Assembly: GCF_004010195.1 (NCBI RefSeq)
Contig: NC_057718.1
Span: 61,556,136 to 61,620,135, forward strand
From: Chiloscyllium plagiosum
Taxonomy: Eukaryota
Direction of reading: 5' to 3'
Length of the DNA: 64,000 nucleotides
In this document: piece after piece, positions 25,433-37,513 of the stretch
Position numbering within the stretch: the first letter of the stretch is position 1
How the letters are laid out: each line of letters opens with the position of its first letter
Notes under the pieces: generated by a model
Database searches by the model: none
Told to the model about the DNA's origin: nothing
Seen by the model: the letters and a program-made list of their open reading frames with translations, nothing else
Position numbers and translations under genes: made by a program

Positions 25433-28400
25433 AAATGCCGTTGGTTGCGAATCCTGTCAGATCGAATGGAGCGACAGTTAGAGGCAATGAGGAATTCACA
25501 AGAGTAAGGGAGTGTGATGGATGGCAGTTATATGAAGGGAGCAAAGCTGCAGATACACTCAGGTGGATGAATTAACTCCAAGAAAGGTGGAAGAGGTAGC
25601 AGAGTAGTGCAGGAGTCTTCTGTGGCTATTCCCATTTCAAACAAGTATGCTGTTTTGGAAAATACGGGCAGTTATGGATTCTCAGGGGAATGTAGCACGA
25701 ACAGCCAAGTTACTGGTATCAAGACTGGCTCTAATTTAATGGTGAGTACATTGGGTTCCTAAGCAATCAATTGTTTTAGGGGACTCTCTAGTCAGGGGCA
25801 CATACAGATGTTTCCGTGGCCAGCAGCGAAAAATCAGAAAGGTGTGTTGTCTCCCTGGGAGGGTGCACCCTCTGATCAAGGATGAATCAGAGAGGGTGCA
25901 GAATGTTCTCAAAGGGGAGGGGAACCAGCAGGATGTCATTGTACATATTGGAACCAATGACATAGGAAGGGAAAAGGGTGCGATTCTGAATGGAGAATAT
26001 AGAAAGTAAGGCAGGAATTTAAAAAGGAGGTTCTTGAGGGTAGTAACAGCTGAATTACTCCCAGTGCTACGAGCTAATGAGAGTAGGAAAAGGAAGATAA
26101 AGGCGATGAATGCGTGGCTGAAGAGCTGGTGTATGGGAGAAGGATTCACATTTTTGGATCATTGGTATCTCTTCCGGGATAGAAGTGATTTGTACAAGAA
26201 GGATGGATTGCACCTGAATTCGAAGGGGATTAATTTACTGGCAGTGAGATTTGCTAGAGCTGCTCGGGAGGATTTACACAATTAAGGTGGGTGGGGGGAC
26301 CCAGGGAGATACTGAGGAAAGAAACAAGTCAAACAGTCAGGGCAGGCAGGGACAAAGCAGAGAACAAGGTAGGACTGATAAATTAAACTGTATTTATTTC
26401 AATGCAAAGAGGTCTAACAAGGGGGGCAGATGAACTCAGGGCATAGTTAGGAACATGGGAGTGGGATATCATAGCAATTACAGAAATGTGGCTCAGGGAT
26501 GGACAGGACTGGCAGCTTAATATCCCAGAATACAAATGTTACAGGAATGATAGAAAGGGAGGCAAAAGAGGAGGGGAGTGGCGTTTTTGATAAGACATAG
26601 CATTACAGCTGTACTGAGGGAGGATATTCCCAGACATACATCCGGAAAGATATGTGGGTGAAACTGAGAAATAAGAAAGGATGAGCACCTTATTGGGATT
26701 GTATAATAGACCCCCTAATAGTCAGAGGGAAATTCAGAAACAAATTTGTAAGGAGATTTCAGTTATCTATAAGAATAATAGGGTGGTTATAGTAGGGGAT
26801 TTTAACTTTCCAAACATAGGCTGGGACTACCATAGTGTTAAGGGTTTAAATGGAAAGGAATTTGTTCAGAGTGTACAGGAAAACTTTCTGAATCAGTATG
26901 TGGATGTATCTACTAGAGAAGGTGCAAAACCTGACCTTCTCTTGGGAAGTAGGGCAGGGCAGGTGACTGAGGTGTCAGTGGGGGAGCACTTTGGAGCCAG
27001 CGACCATAATTCTATTAGTTTTAAAATAGTGATGGAAAAGAATAGACCAGATCTAACAGTTGAAGTTTTAAATTGGAGGAATGCTAATTTTGACGGTATT
27101 AGGGAAGAACTTTTGAAAGTTGATTGGGTGCAGATGTTCGCAGATAAAGGGGTGGGTAGAAAATGGGAAGCCTTCAAAAATGAGATAACAAGAGTCCATA
27201 GACAGTATATTCCTGACATGGTGAAAGAAAAGGCTGGTAGGTACAGGGAATGCTGGATGCCAAGAGAAATTGTGGATTTGGTTAAGTAAAAGAAGGAAGC
27301 ATATGTCAGGGATAGACAGAAGAGATGGAGTGAATCCTTAGAGCATAAAGGCAGTAGGAGTATACTTAAGAGGGAAATCAGAAGGGCAAACAGGGAACAT
27401 GAGATAGCTTTAGCAAATAGAGTTAAGGAGAATCCAAAGGGTTTTTACAAATACATTAAGGACAAAAGGGTAACTAGGGAACAAATAAGGTCCCTCAAAG
27501 ATCAGCAAGGCAGCCTTTGTGTGGAGCCGCAGGAGATGGGTGAGATACTAAACGAGTATTTTGCATCAGTGTCTACTTTGAAGAAGGACATGGAAGATAT
27601 AGAATGTATGGAAATAGATGGTGACATCTTGAAAAATATCCGTATTACAGAGGAGGATGTGCTGGATGTCTTGAAATGCATAAAGGTGGATAAATCCCTG
27701 GGACCTAATCTGGAGTACCCAGGAACTCTGTGGGAAGCCAGAGAAGTGATTGCCAAGCCCCTTGCTGAGGTATTTGTATAATCAAATTCACGGGTTAGGT
27801 GCCGGAAGACTGGAGGTTGGCTAACGTGGTACCATTATTTAAGAAGGGTGGTAAGGACAAGCCAGGGAACTATAGACCTGACGTTGGTCGTGGGCAGGTT
27901 GTTGAAGGGAATCCTAAGGGACAGGACTTACATGTGTTTGGAAAGGCAAGGACTGGTTAGGGATAGTCAACATGGCTTTGTGTGTGGGAAATCATGTCTC
28001 ACAAACTTGATTGAGTTTTTTGAAGAAGTAGCAAAGAGGATTGATGAGGGCAGAGTGGTAGATGTGATCTATATGGACTTCAGTAAGGCGTTTGACAAGG
28101 TTACCCATGGGAGACTGGTTAGCAAAGTTAGATCTCATGGAATACAGGGAGAATTAGTCATTTGAATATAGAACTGGCTCAAAGGTAAAAGGTGGTGGTA
28201 GAGGGTTGTTTTTCAGACTGGAGGCCTGTGACCAGTGGAGTGCCACAAGGATCAGTGCTGGGTCCATGATTTTTTGTCATTTATAGAAATGATTTGGATG
28301 TGAGCATAAGAGACATCGTAGTAAGTTTGCAGATAACACCAAAATTGGAGATGTAGTGGACAGCAAAGAAGGTTACCTCAAATTACACAGGATCTTGATC

Positions 28401-29249
28401 AGATGGGCAAATGGGATGAGGAGTGATAGGTGGTGTTTAATTTAGATAAATGCAAGGTGTTGCATTTTGGGAAAGCAAACCTTCACAGGACTTATACACT
28501 TAATGGTAAGGTTCTAGGGAGTGTTGCTGAACAAAGAGACATTGAAGTGCAGGGTCATAGCTCCTTGAAAGTGGAGTCGCAGGTAGATAGGATAGTGAAG
28601 GTGGCGTTTGGTATACTTTCCTTTATTGGTCAGAGTATTGTGTACAGGAGTTGGGAGGTCATGTTACGGCTGTACAGGACATTGGTTAGGCCACTGTTGG
28701 AATATTGCGTGCAATTCTGCTCACCTTCCTATTGGAAAGATGTTGTGAAACTTGAAAGTGTTCAGAAAAGTTACACAAGGATGTTTCCAGGATTGGAGGA
28801 TTTGAGCTATAGGGAGAGGCTGAATAGACTAGGGCTGTTTTTCCTGGAGCATTAGAGGCTGAGAGGTCACCTTATAGAGGTTTACAAAATTATGAGGGGC
28901 ATGGATAGGATAAATAGACAAAGTCTTTTCCCTGGGGTTGGGGAGTCCAGAACTAGAGGGCATAGGTTTAGGGTGAGAGGGGAAAGATATAAAAGGGACC
29001 TAAGCGGCAACCTTCTCCCGCAGGGGGTGATGTGTGTGTGGAATGAGCTGCCAGAGGAAGTAGTAGAGGCTGGTACAATTGTAACATTTAAGAGGCATTT
29101 GGATGGATATATGAGTAGGAAGGGTTTGGAGGGATATGGGCTGGATGCTGCTAAGTAGGACTAGCTTAGGTTGGGATATTTGCTCGGCATGGACGAGTTG
29201 GACAGAAGGGTCTGTTTCCATGATGTACATCTCTATGACTCTGTGACTC
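25433..29249 (+). mobile_element. Near-full-length decayed CR1 LINE (ORF1 SGNH esterase, ORF2 APE endonuclease and RT)
   Basis: ORF1 motifs VHIGTND and LYKKDGLHLN; EN motifs YNRPPN, VGDFNFP and GASDHNSI; RT motifs QHGF..GKSCLTNL and DFSKAFDKV; ctatgact tail; many stops and frameshifts. Confidence 0.95.
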
Positions 29250-30239
29250 CGTCAGGTGGGGAATCAATGCAGTCTGCTCTTTCTGAGGTTTCTGTTTCTC
29301 TTTGTTGCTCAAGTCGACAGTTACATGGCCAACATCTCAATTTTAAAACTCACAACAAACTTTACCTGAATACGTTTACAGAGAGTTTTTTTCTCCAAAT
29401 GTTTTTCAAGGCTTCTGACAGGTGATCTGTCCAAAATTTCATTTTCTTTGGCATTGAGGCTGAATTGCACGGATTTCCACTTCAATGCAAATACAAAGGT
29501 CATGAATGTTAGTTTATCAATCCCTGACTTATTGATGTACTCCTGCATAGAACCATTCAATGCCCATCCCTTGACTCCTAGCTTCTTATTCTCACCTGCC
29601 ATCTGTTTAAAGTATTGTCAATTGGGCTACTCCCAAAGAGTCTGCTCAAGGACCTAATTAGGAGAATTTTGGACTAACAGTATGAATAGTTAGTGATATT
29701 TTCATAAGAGTCTGAAAGAAGATGATCAGAAGATAGTTAGTCAAAGGTACTCTGGGAGGAAATTGACCAATGGTGAAGAGAAGGAAAATGCAGAGCAAGT
29801 AAGGGTTAGAGGAATGAGAAGATCTGGATCAAAATACTGGAGAAAGCCATAGAGTTACAATGGGGCAATTTCCCAATTTCAATTTTAACAACAAAAATGC
29901 CCACAGGCTGCCTCCAATTATTGCTGAAGAAGTGATTGGTGGAAGAGGGGTTTACACAGATTGTTAGTTAGGAAGTTAAACATGTTGGAGCTTACCTTAG
30001 TTTTTCAGGATAATAGATGAACTGTGGCTGTATTTGTCAGAGAAGAATGAAGATTAAGCAAGACATAGTCCAGCTTGATCTAACAATATGCCCTGTATAG
30101 ATTTTTCAGTTCTGTACCCCAGATACATACAACTCTGCTGCCATTGGATTTGAATGATCAAAGGAGTAATGTTCATGTTAAATAGTATTAGATGCCTGCA
30201 CAGTAATACTCTTACTGATGTGTGTGTATAAGAACGAAC

Positions 30240-31070
30240 ATAGTGATGTTAACAAGGAAATGTGTCACAGAGCCTGCAAAGTCATGTTAACATTAAATTG
30301 TGTCACCCTACATTCACAATAATGTTAATATTACATTGTGCCACAATGTACACATGATATTGTTAATATTACATGCTGTCAGCACAAACATAATATTGTT
30401 AACATTACATGTGTCACAGTGTGTATACAGTACTTTTACTGTCAAATCATCTCATAATGTTACTGTGATATTAATAAAACACAATACATGGACAGTAAGG
30501 TGAATAATAAAGTATATCACAGCACATACACCATGATAGCAATGCTGAGCATGCTGACATATGCAACAATATTAACATTCAAATTTTATCACTCTATATG
30601 CACATTAATGTTAATACTGATTGTGTCATAGTATGCACACATTAACGTCAAGCATGAATTATATCTTGATACCAACAAGGTTATATTAAAAACAAATTGT
30701 AATACTGTGCTTCCACTGCTTTGTTAATTCTGAGCTTTGTCACATGCCCAGGACTGAGTATTATGTTATGCTGCATTCTATATTAAGCAAAGCTAAACAA
30801 ACTTGGATAAGAACGTACATATATATTTCAATATTTTCTTCTCAGAATAGACAAGCAATCACAGTAATACTGAATTGTTTCACTGTAGCTACAACAATAT
30901 TAAGTAGCGTCATGATACTAACACATTAATGGTTATATTAAATTGTGACACAATAGCAACATGTTAATGTTAATCCATAAATGTATCCAAAAATACGAAA
31001 TAATCTTTATTTTAAGTTATCATTGTACAATGATGGGTAATTATTACATTTTGTTATAAATTGTGTCATA
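30240..31070. repeat. Ancient degenerate ~36-39-bp tandem repeat
   Basis: Motif atgttaa(c/t)attaaattgtgtcaca recurs at about 30246, 30284, 30321, 30360 and 30396, and more weakly to about 31070. Confidence 0.6.
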
Positions 31071-31111
31071 ATACGTGCCTATATGAACCATTATGTATAA
31101 AAAAAGTTTAT

Positions 31112-31420
31112 ATTTATGTAGTGCCATTCAGAGCCTTAGGTTTTCTTAAAGTGCATTACAATTGATGAAATGCCATCACTTTTGCAATGTGAGGAATGCA
31201 ACAATCAATTTGTGAACAGCAGTGTTGAAATGACCAGACAATCAAGTTCAACAGAGAGGACATTCAGTTTGAAGTCTCACCTAAAACCAGTCTCTAACAG
31301 TACAGTCCTCATTCATTATCATATTCAAGAAACAGCCTTGATTTTTGTGTGCAAGTCTTTGAGTGAACTTGACCGTACAACCATTTAATTCAAAGGCGTA
31401 TGCTACTAACAGAGCCACAA
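31112..31420 (-). mobile_element. Deu-domain SINE (SacSINE1/AmnSINE1-like) remnant
   Basis: Reverse tRNA head (gctactaacagagccaca, gaacttgacc), cagccttgatttttgtgtgcaagtct, gtctcacctaaaa, aaatgaccagacaatc and an L2-like tail. Confidence 0.6.
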
Positions 31421-31739
31421 CTCACACAGACATACAAATCAATGTTAAACTACATTGCTTTGTAATATATACACATGACATTGCTGACTTGTCTTGCAGT
31501 ACATGTATCATAATATTTATTTTAAACCATATCGCAACAGATGCACAGTGCCCACAAAATAAAGTTGTGAAATGCATCACAATACATTCACAGTAAATTT
31601 ACTAGCTACCAAATTCAGTATCACAGTAATCACAGTATCACAACAAAAAAATCCAAATGCTCACCTCCCTATCTGCTTTAAGAAATGTTTGTAAGTTACA
31701 TTGTATGTCTACCAGCTCCAAGATCATGTCTCTTCAAAT

Positions 31740-32330
31740 GTTGAATGCTGATTTCTGACCCACTCACACTTTCAAGACAGACCTGTGTGAGGTCATAAAC
31801 AATATTCTCCATGATCATCACCATGATTTATTATTCTTTCTTGTCAGCTTGGGCTGCTGTGCAAAATTTAATATCTTGGACAACGCAATTCATCTCCTTC
31901 GTCTTTTCTCTGTTATCTGACACTGTGCAATGTCTGCATGTTTGGCTCCATTCTTATCTACCTGATTGCATTCAGTTTATATGCCGCAATTGCTTTACTT
32001 TCTCTCATCTCCCCAGGCTCTGACCTTTGTCCCCATCTCCTCCTCATGCTATGTTGCTCCTCAGCAGCAGCAGGAGGTCAGCTTTCACAAGCATGCTACA
32101 GAAAGCCACTACTACCTCCTCATCGCCTACCTTCAACTTGGGGAATCTCTGTCTGATATCAAGCCATGGAGGAGCAACAATTTCCTCAAACATGATATTT
32201 GGAACACTAAAGGCATTGTTTCAACTCTGCAAAACGTCCCCTGGCCACTGATTTCACTCTTCCCCAACCTGAAACACAACATAATGTCTTGTTTGTCACT
32301 AAGCTGGGCTATAAACTGAAATGTACACAA
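31740..32330 (+). mobile_element. Old L2 LINE RT fragment
   Basis: ORF 31966-32319 contains SPQ...VSFHKHATESHYY (cf. FHxYADDTQLY) and SLSDIKPWRSNNFLK (cf. CLxDIxxWMxxNFLxLN). Confidence 0.65.
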
Positions 32331-33527
32331 TTGTGAAATCTGCTATTATTTCATCCTTTGTTTTTGCTTTCATTGTTAACTATAACCATTTCATAAATTA
32401 TGAATATTTGTTTTATTTGTATCTGTCTCACAACTTGGTCCCTACTACCATGATTTTTTAATAAACCAATTATTTAACTATCTGTCTATTGACATCTTTA
32501 ATCCTATCTCAGTATTTCTGCTACCGAAGAAATTATCCATATGATTTTTCACCTCTCAAATCAATATTGCATAAATTTGTAGTGGGTGCCATGCAGAATG
32601 GGCAATAGCCCATTCATTGTCAGTCAAGTCAATTATCCTTTCTATTGATTTCAATCAGGTCAAGTGTAAAATGAGTAATAAAGTTACACATATTGTCAAA
32701 TCTCTTACAAACTCTGCACACTGCTACAGCATTACATACCTATCCCTTCCTATATTCTTTGGTTCTTTGTCTCTATTCTGAGAAACTACCTCCCAAAAGA
32801 TTTCTTCCACTTCCCTTTCCTCTGCAATAAATGCATTGCTTGGTCAGATTTTGTGTCTCCCTCCTGAGTTCTCCATCCATAACAGACGTCATTTTTTATT
32901 TCCATTTGTGAAGTGCCTTGGGGCCTCATTTATATTAAGGGCACAATATAAATGCAAACTTCTGTTGTAATTTTTGAACTGAATCATATCAGAGTACAGT
33001 AATGATAATATTAACATTTTTAACTATGCATGCATGATAATGTTGCTAGTAATGTTACTAAGGAGGTAATAAAAACATGAAGTAGGTACACTTGCTATCA
33101 ATGGGTAAAAAGTCGATTTATATTTCATAACTCTATCTACCTCTGTAAAATGTTTGCTATCTTCAGTGCTTAATAGCTTACATTTAGCTGAATAATCATC
33201 TTCATATTAATGCAACCACAGAAAGCCTTTTTATTGTCCTTTACACATTTTATTTTTTGTAGATTGCCTCCTATTCTCCATTCAACCTTCCTAACTCTCC
33301 CATTTTAGAGCTTTGCAACATATTTATTTTTATTTGCCTAAATTTTACTCTTATTATTTAATCTGGAAGCACAAAATGCTTCTTTTTAAATTGGATCTCA
33401 TCAATTCATCTATGGAAATTCAGTTTCCCAAATAATCTTCTTTCCTCCTTACTGGAACACAAGAAGTAGGAGCAGGAGTAGACCATGCAACACAGTGAAT
33501 GTACTGTACCATTCCATACAATCATGG

Positions 33528-33647
33528 TGGTACTTGTGGGCAGTGGCAATGTCCCATTTCTGGACTCGGAGACCTGGGTTCAAGTCGACTTGCTCTAGAG
33601 GTGTACAAAAAAATCTCTAAATTGTTTAATGAGAAAATATTTTCTCA
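33528..33647 (+). mobile_element. Short tRNA-headed SINE, family D, with a 12-bp TSD inside a CR1 tail
   Basis: TSD atacaatcatgg at 33516-33527 and 33648-33659; B-box gggttcaagtc. Confidence 0.7.
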
Positions 33648-33889
33648 ATACAATCATGGCTGATCGTGTGCTTCAAATCGACTTCCTCTCGAACTCCCCT
33701 TTTATACTCTGAGAGGCCAAAATTCTGAAAAGCATGAAATAGGTTTATTTTGATCCGATTCTAATAATCCTATTTCAATATTGCCCATTACAAATCTATA
33801 ATTGTGTTTGTTAACTTCCTTCAATTTGCTTTAAATTTACAATAAACTGCTCGTTTTGGATGGGGTGATAGGAGGGGAGAGAGGGAAGG

Positions 33890-34001
33890 GGTTGAGGGAG
33901 TAGTATGTCTCTATTTCTAGATGAGGAATCCAGGGTTCAAATCCCACCTCTCCCAGAGGCACCTAACAACATTTCTGAACACACTGATTAGAAAATATCT
34001 A
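33890..34001 (+). mobile_element. Short tRNA-headed SINE, family D
   Basis: gggttcaaatcccacctctcccagagg...tgattagaaaatatct. Confidence 0.55.
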
Positions 34002-34129
34002 AATTGGCTTTTGTTTCCAGTCAGATACCAATGTCCCTAATGTTTACATTTCTGGTTCTTCAACTCAGACTATCTATTTTGGGTAAATAGTCACATAAAT
34101 GATTAAAAGATAGATTTATGAGATGAATT

Positions 34130-34335
34130 TTAAGAACCTAAAGGAGAACAAGGTAGAGGAGGAGAGGTTTCGGGTGAGAATTCCACAGCTTAGAGCTGAA
34201 GTAGCTGAAAGAATAATCACTAATATCAGAGTGATTAAAATCTGGGATATGTACAGATCCAGTACTGGAAGTGTGTAGAAATTTCAGAAAGTTGTAGGGC
34301 TGGATGAAATTACAGAAATAAGTAAGGATGAGACT
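34130..34335 (-). mobile_element. L2 LINE ORF2 C-terminal fragment
   Basis: ORF 34138-34398 CNFIQPYN...IPDFNHS...SFSYFSSKLWNSHPKPL (cf. AFSxxxPKLWNSLP). Confidence 0.7.
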
Positions 34336-34417
34336 GTGGATTGATCCAAAAATATGGATGATTTTTTTTGAAATTATCATATGGCGCAAAAATAACATAA
34401 GAATGATGGATGAACAC

Positions 34418-34633
34418 TGAAATCACTCCCCAGAGGCCAGTATCCCATTGCCAAGTCAAATTTTATTTACATGTTTGTTGTACTGGACACTGGTCCAGTT
34501 TCCTCAGAGTCAGCTCTCAGAGAGAACAGAACCTTAGAAACTCCTGTTTATATCTTGGACTAAGATAACAGCCCCAATCAGGTAACTCATATTCTATGAA
34601 GTCCAGCTGGCTGACCTCATTACAATCACTATA
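34418..34633 (-). mobile_element. Solo LTR, copy 2
   Basis: Colinear with 858-1092 (cctcagag.cagctctcagag, taacagccccaatcagg, ttacaatcacta). Confidence 0.6.
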
Positions 34634-34651
34634 CCTGGAATGACATTATAG

Positions 34652-34853
34652 CTTGAAATGTGTTGCTGGAAAAGCACAGCAGGTCAGGCAGCATCCAAGG
34701 AGCAGGAGAATTGACGTTTCGGGCATGAACCCTTCTTCAGGAAGCACGAAACGTCGATTCTCCTGCTCCTTGGATGCTGCCTGACCTGCTGCACTTTTCC
34801 AGCAACACATTTTCAGCTCTGATCTCCAGCATCTGCAGTCCTCACTTTCTCCT
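34652..34853 (+). mobile_element. PLE family-1 fold-back mini-insertion
   Basis: Inverted arms; TSD atgacattatagcttgaaa (34640-34658) and acgacattgtagcttgaaa (34854-34872). Confidence 0.85.
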
Positions 34854-35747
34854 ACGACATTGTAGCTTGAAAACCACAGCAAGTTTTGAGAGATATCAAG
34901 TATATGCAGAGAGTAGGTGGAAGTCTTCATAAGACAACGTACAATGAGTCACTAATTGTATGGTTCATGTGTTTCAGGAGTATAACTTTTGTTTTAAGGA
35001 ACTAAAGTTTTTAAACAAGAGATGGATTTAAAGCAACCTGGTTTGAGAAGCCGAAAAATAAACGTTAAAGAATTGCAAATCATAGAGAGTCGTCTTGTCT
35101 TTATTATTATTAAATTATTCATATGGCTTCCCAGAATAAATATGAGTTTTGAAATTTGATATAATTAGTTTAAATCTTTATTTGGAGATCAAAGGTTTGC
35201 ATACTGGGCTATTAACCAAGTGTTCAGAAATCGGCTTAGAACAGTTTGGGGTTTAATGACCAGTGCATAATTGATGGGCTGAAGGGCATCTTTTCATGAT
35301 ACTCTATAACTATAGGTCAGGGGTAGACAAGTAGGTCACATGTTGGGCCCTTACATTTAAACATACTGGTGGGACAGCTTGAAATCTAGCCCTTCAACCT
35401 TTTCTTTAATGTTTCAACATATGTTTAGTAATCGCGCATAGAAATTGGTTTTGTCTATGAAATCATGAGTTGACACAAAGATGTCATGATATAGTGATTT
35501 TGCAAGATCACATGAACATGAGAGAGATCATGGGGGAGATACTCCATGTGTGTGGGGATCCCATGACTACATATAGTTAGTCTTTAGACAATAGCTTATT
35601 GGTTAAAATGCACTCAGACTACTGCACAGTAATTTAAGATCAGATCTCATCTTTTATGCAGATCAGATTCTCTGCCACAGACACTTTCAGCTTCAATTCC
35701 AGGGAGAATTTCAGTTCATATTACTAGGTGCAGACTAGCTCTAAGTA

Positions 35748-35957
35748 CAGGCAATCCCCAGGTTGTAAAGGGTTCCATTCTGGAGTACATTCGCAAGTCG
35801 ATTTGTATTCAAGTTGGAACATAATGCAGGACAATGTAAAGCAGCTGCTCGTAAGTACAGGAAATGTTTTTAGATTCTAAATTACACCCCTATATGGGAT
35901 CATGCTCATAAGTACAAGTGTTCATAAGTCAGACATTAGTAAATCGGGAAATTCCGG
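35748..35957. mobile_element. Tc1/mariner (pogo/Tigger-like) MITE
   Basis: TA-caggcaatccccaggttgtaa ... gtaaatcgggaaattccgg-TA, with repeated internal ttcg(t/c)aagt motifs. Confidence 0.65.
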
Positions 35958-36499
35958 TACAGTGGATTAGCTTAAAGTAGTGCTCGTCTTGCACAAGTCA
36001 TGCCATTGGATGACATGCACTGACCCAAGAATATGTTCAGTATTGGGATGTATGCTTCAATCATTTGAAGTAGCAAGCAGCTAGAAATTTGAATTGCTGC
36101 CTACAGCACTGAGAAGGGCATGGGTTAAATGCAAAGTACAAACCAGCCCCCTCCCCACCAGCTCCCCGCCAAACATGTTAAGGTCCATTGAACTTTGATG
36201 CAAAGTGTTTTACTTGATTTAATTATCAAATCAAATGTTCTTTTGACGTAAATACAATAGTTTGTTCCATTACTGTATGTGCTATTATTGATCTTCACAA
36301 AATAGATGCATGTTTCAAGTTATTCACATCAAGTGTTTTTTTTCCAAGTATGGTGATGTCAAACTGAAAACTGTGGTCTTCATTCTGTATCTGAAGAAGA
36401 TGATGATTTAATATCAATTTCCAAATTGTTTTAATTTGTATTTGATTTAGAAGTACAAATTTGTTTAAAACTTATCAGAGCCTCTTCTATTCATTCTGA

Positions 36500-36865
36500 A
36501 ACTATTGATATGGAAAATAATTGTGGTGTTCAAAATTATGAGCAATTTTGACAGGATAAAGAAGGATATTCTGTTTCCACTAGTTAGTATGTCAGTAACT
36601 AAGGGGCACAATGTCAAGATTGTCAGCAAGACAGCTAAGAGTGAGATGAGGAGAAATGTCATTACTCAGCGAGTTGTTAATGCGCTGTCTGAGAAAGGGG
36701 TGGAGGATGTCTCAAAAGAGGTAGATATTTATTTGAAAGTGATTCATTTAGAGGGCAATGAAGATAAGGCTAGAGAATGGCAACAGCTGTGTGGCTGTTT
36801 TGGTAGTCAGCACAGACACAATGGATCAAATGGCCCCTCTCTGTACAGTAGAATTCTTTGCTTCT
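36500..36865 (+). mobile_element. Old CR1 3' fragment
   Basis: ORF 36505-36897 VFKIMSNFDRI...TKGH...EMRRNVITQRVVNAL. Confidence 0.8.
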
Positions 36866-37388
36866 ACTCTCGGCTTTTACAAAGTGTACATACATAGATG
36901 TATTGCAACCAGCTTGTACCCTTCAGAGAGCATACTTGAAAGTTACATCTCCAATTTGCAAAATATAGAAAAGAGAAATAATTTCCTCGTAATGATTCTG
37001 ACATGAGAAAGCAGTGAGAGATTTATTTATTGTCAACAGTCTTCAGAGAAACAATTATACTCTATTTGACCTCAGGATATAGTCCTTGGTCATCTTAAAT
37101 AAATATACTAGATTACAAACAATTCTATTTTGCTAGCAGAACAATGCCTTCTAAGTCAAAGTATGAGACTTCTTTATATAATATAATTGAACTCATAAGC
37201 TGCAAGTCAACATTCCAATAATTACACCAGATCACATCAGTCCACGTCCTCCTATGCTTAATCCAAAAATGAAGTCAACAGAGCAAAAGACAAACAAAAG
37301 CACCTTATCAGACACATTTTTATCCAGCCATGTGAGTTAGAAATTGTCACCTCCTAATCCTGCTGTATTGATCCCAACTGATCCTAAC

Positions 37389-37423
37389 CACCTGATGAAG
37401 GAGGAGCGCTCCGAAAGCTAGTG
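37389..37423 (+). ncRNA. Minimal type I hammerhead ribozyme motif, intact core
   Basis: cac-CTGATGA-a-GGAG/gagcg/CTCC-GAAA-GCTA-gtg; stem I cac/gtg, palindromic stem III AGCT, NUH=CUA. Confidence 0.75.
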
Positions 37424-37513
37424 CTTCCAAATAAACATGTTGGACTATAACCTGGTGTTGTGTGATTTTTTAACTTTGTACACCCCAGTCCAACACCAGC
37501 ATCTCCAAATCAT
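37389..37513 (+). mobile_element. PLE family-3 3' end, truncated at the hammerhead
   Basis: Same terminus as 3718 and 20920. Confidence 0.8.

Noticed and set aside
25433..29249. Active autonomous CR1 (also 54221-57848)
   Set aside because: ORF1 and ORF2 are broken by stops and frameshifts, the RT ADD motif is mutated and the 5' ends are missing
30240..31070. CRISPR array
   Set aside because: Units are heavily degenerate, the variable parts are only about 13 nt, there are no cas genes and the context is vertebrate
858..34633. One giant 34-kb LTR element
   Set aside because: The LTR copies are diverged, have no shared TSD and enclose no contiguous gag-pol
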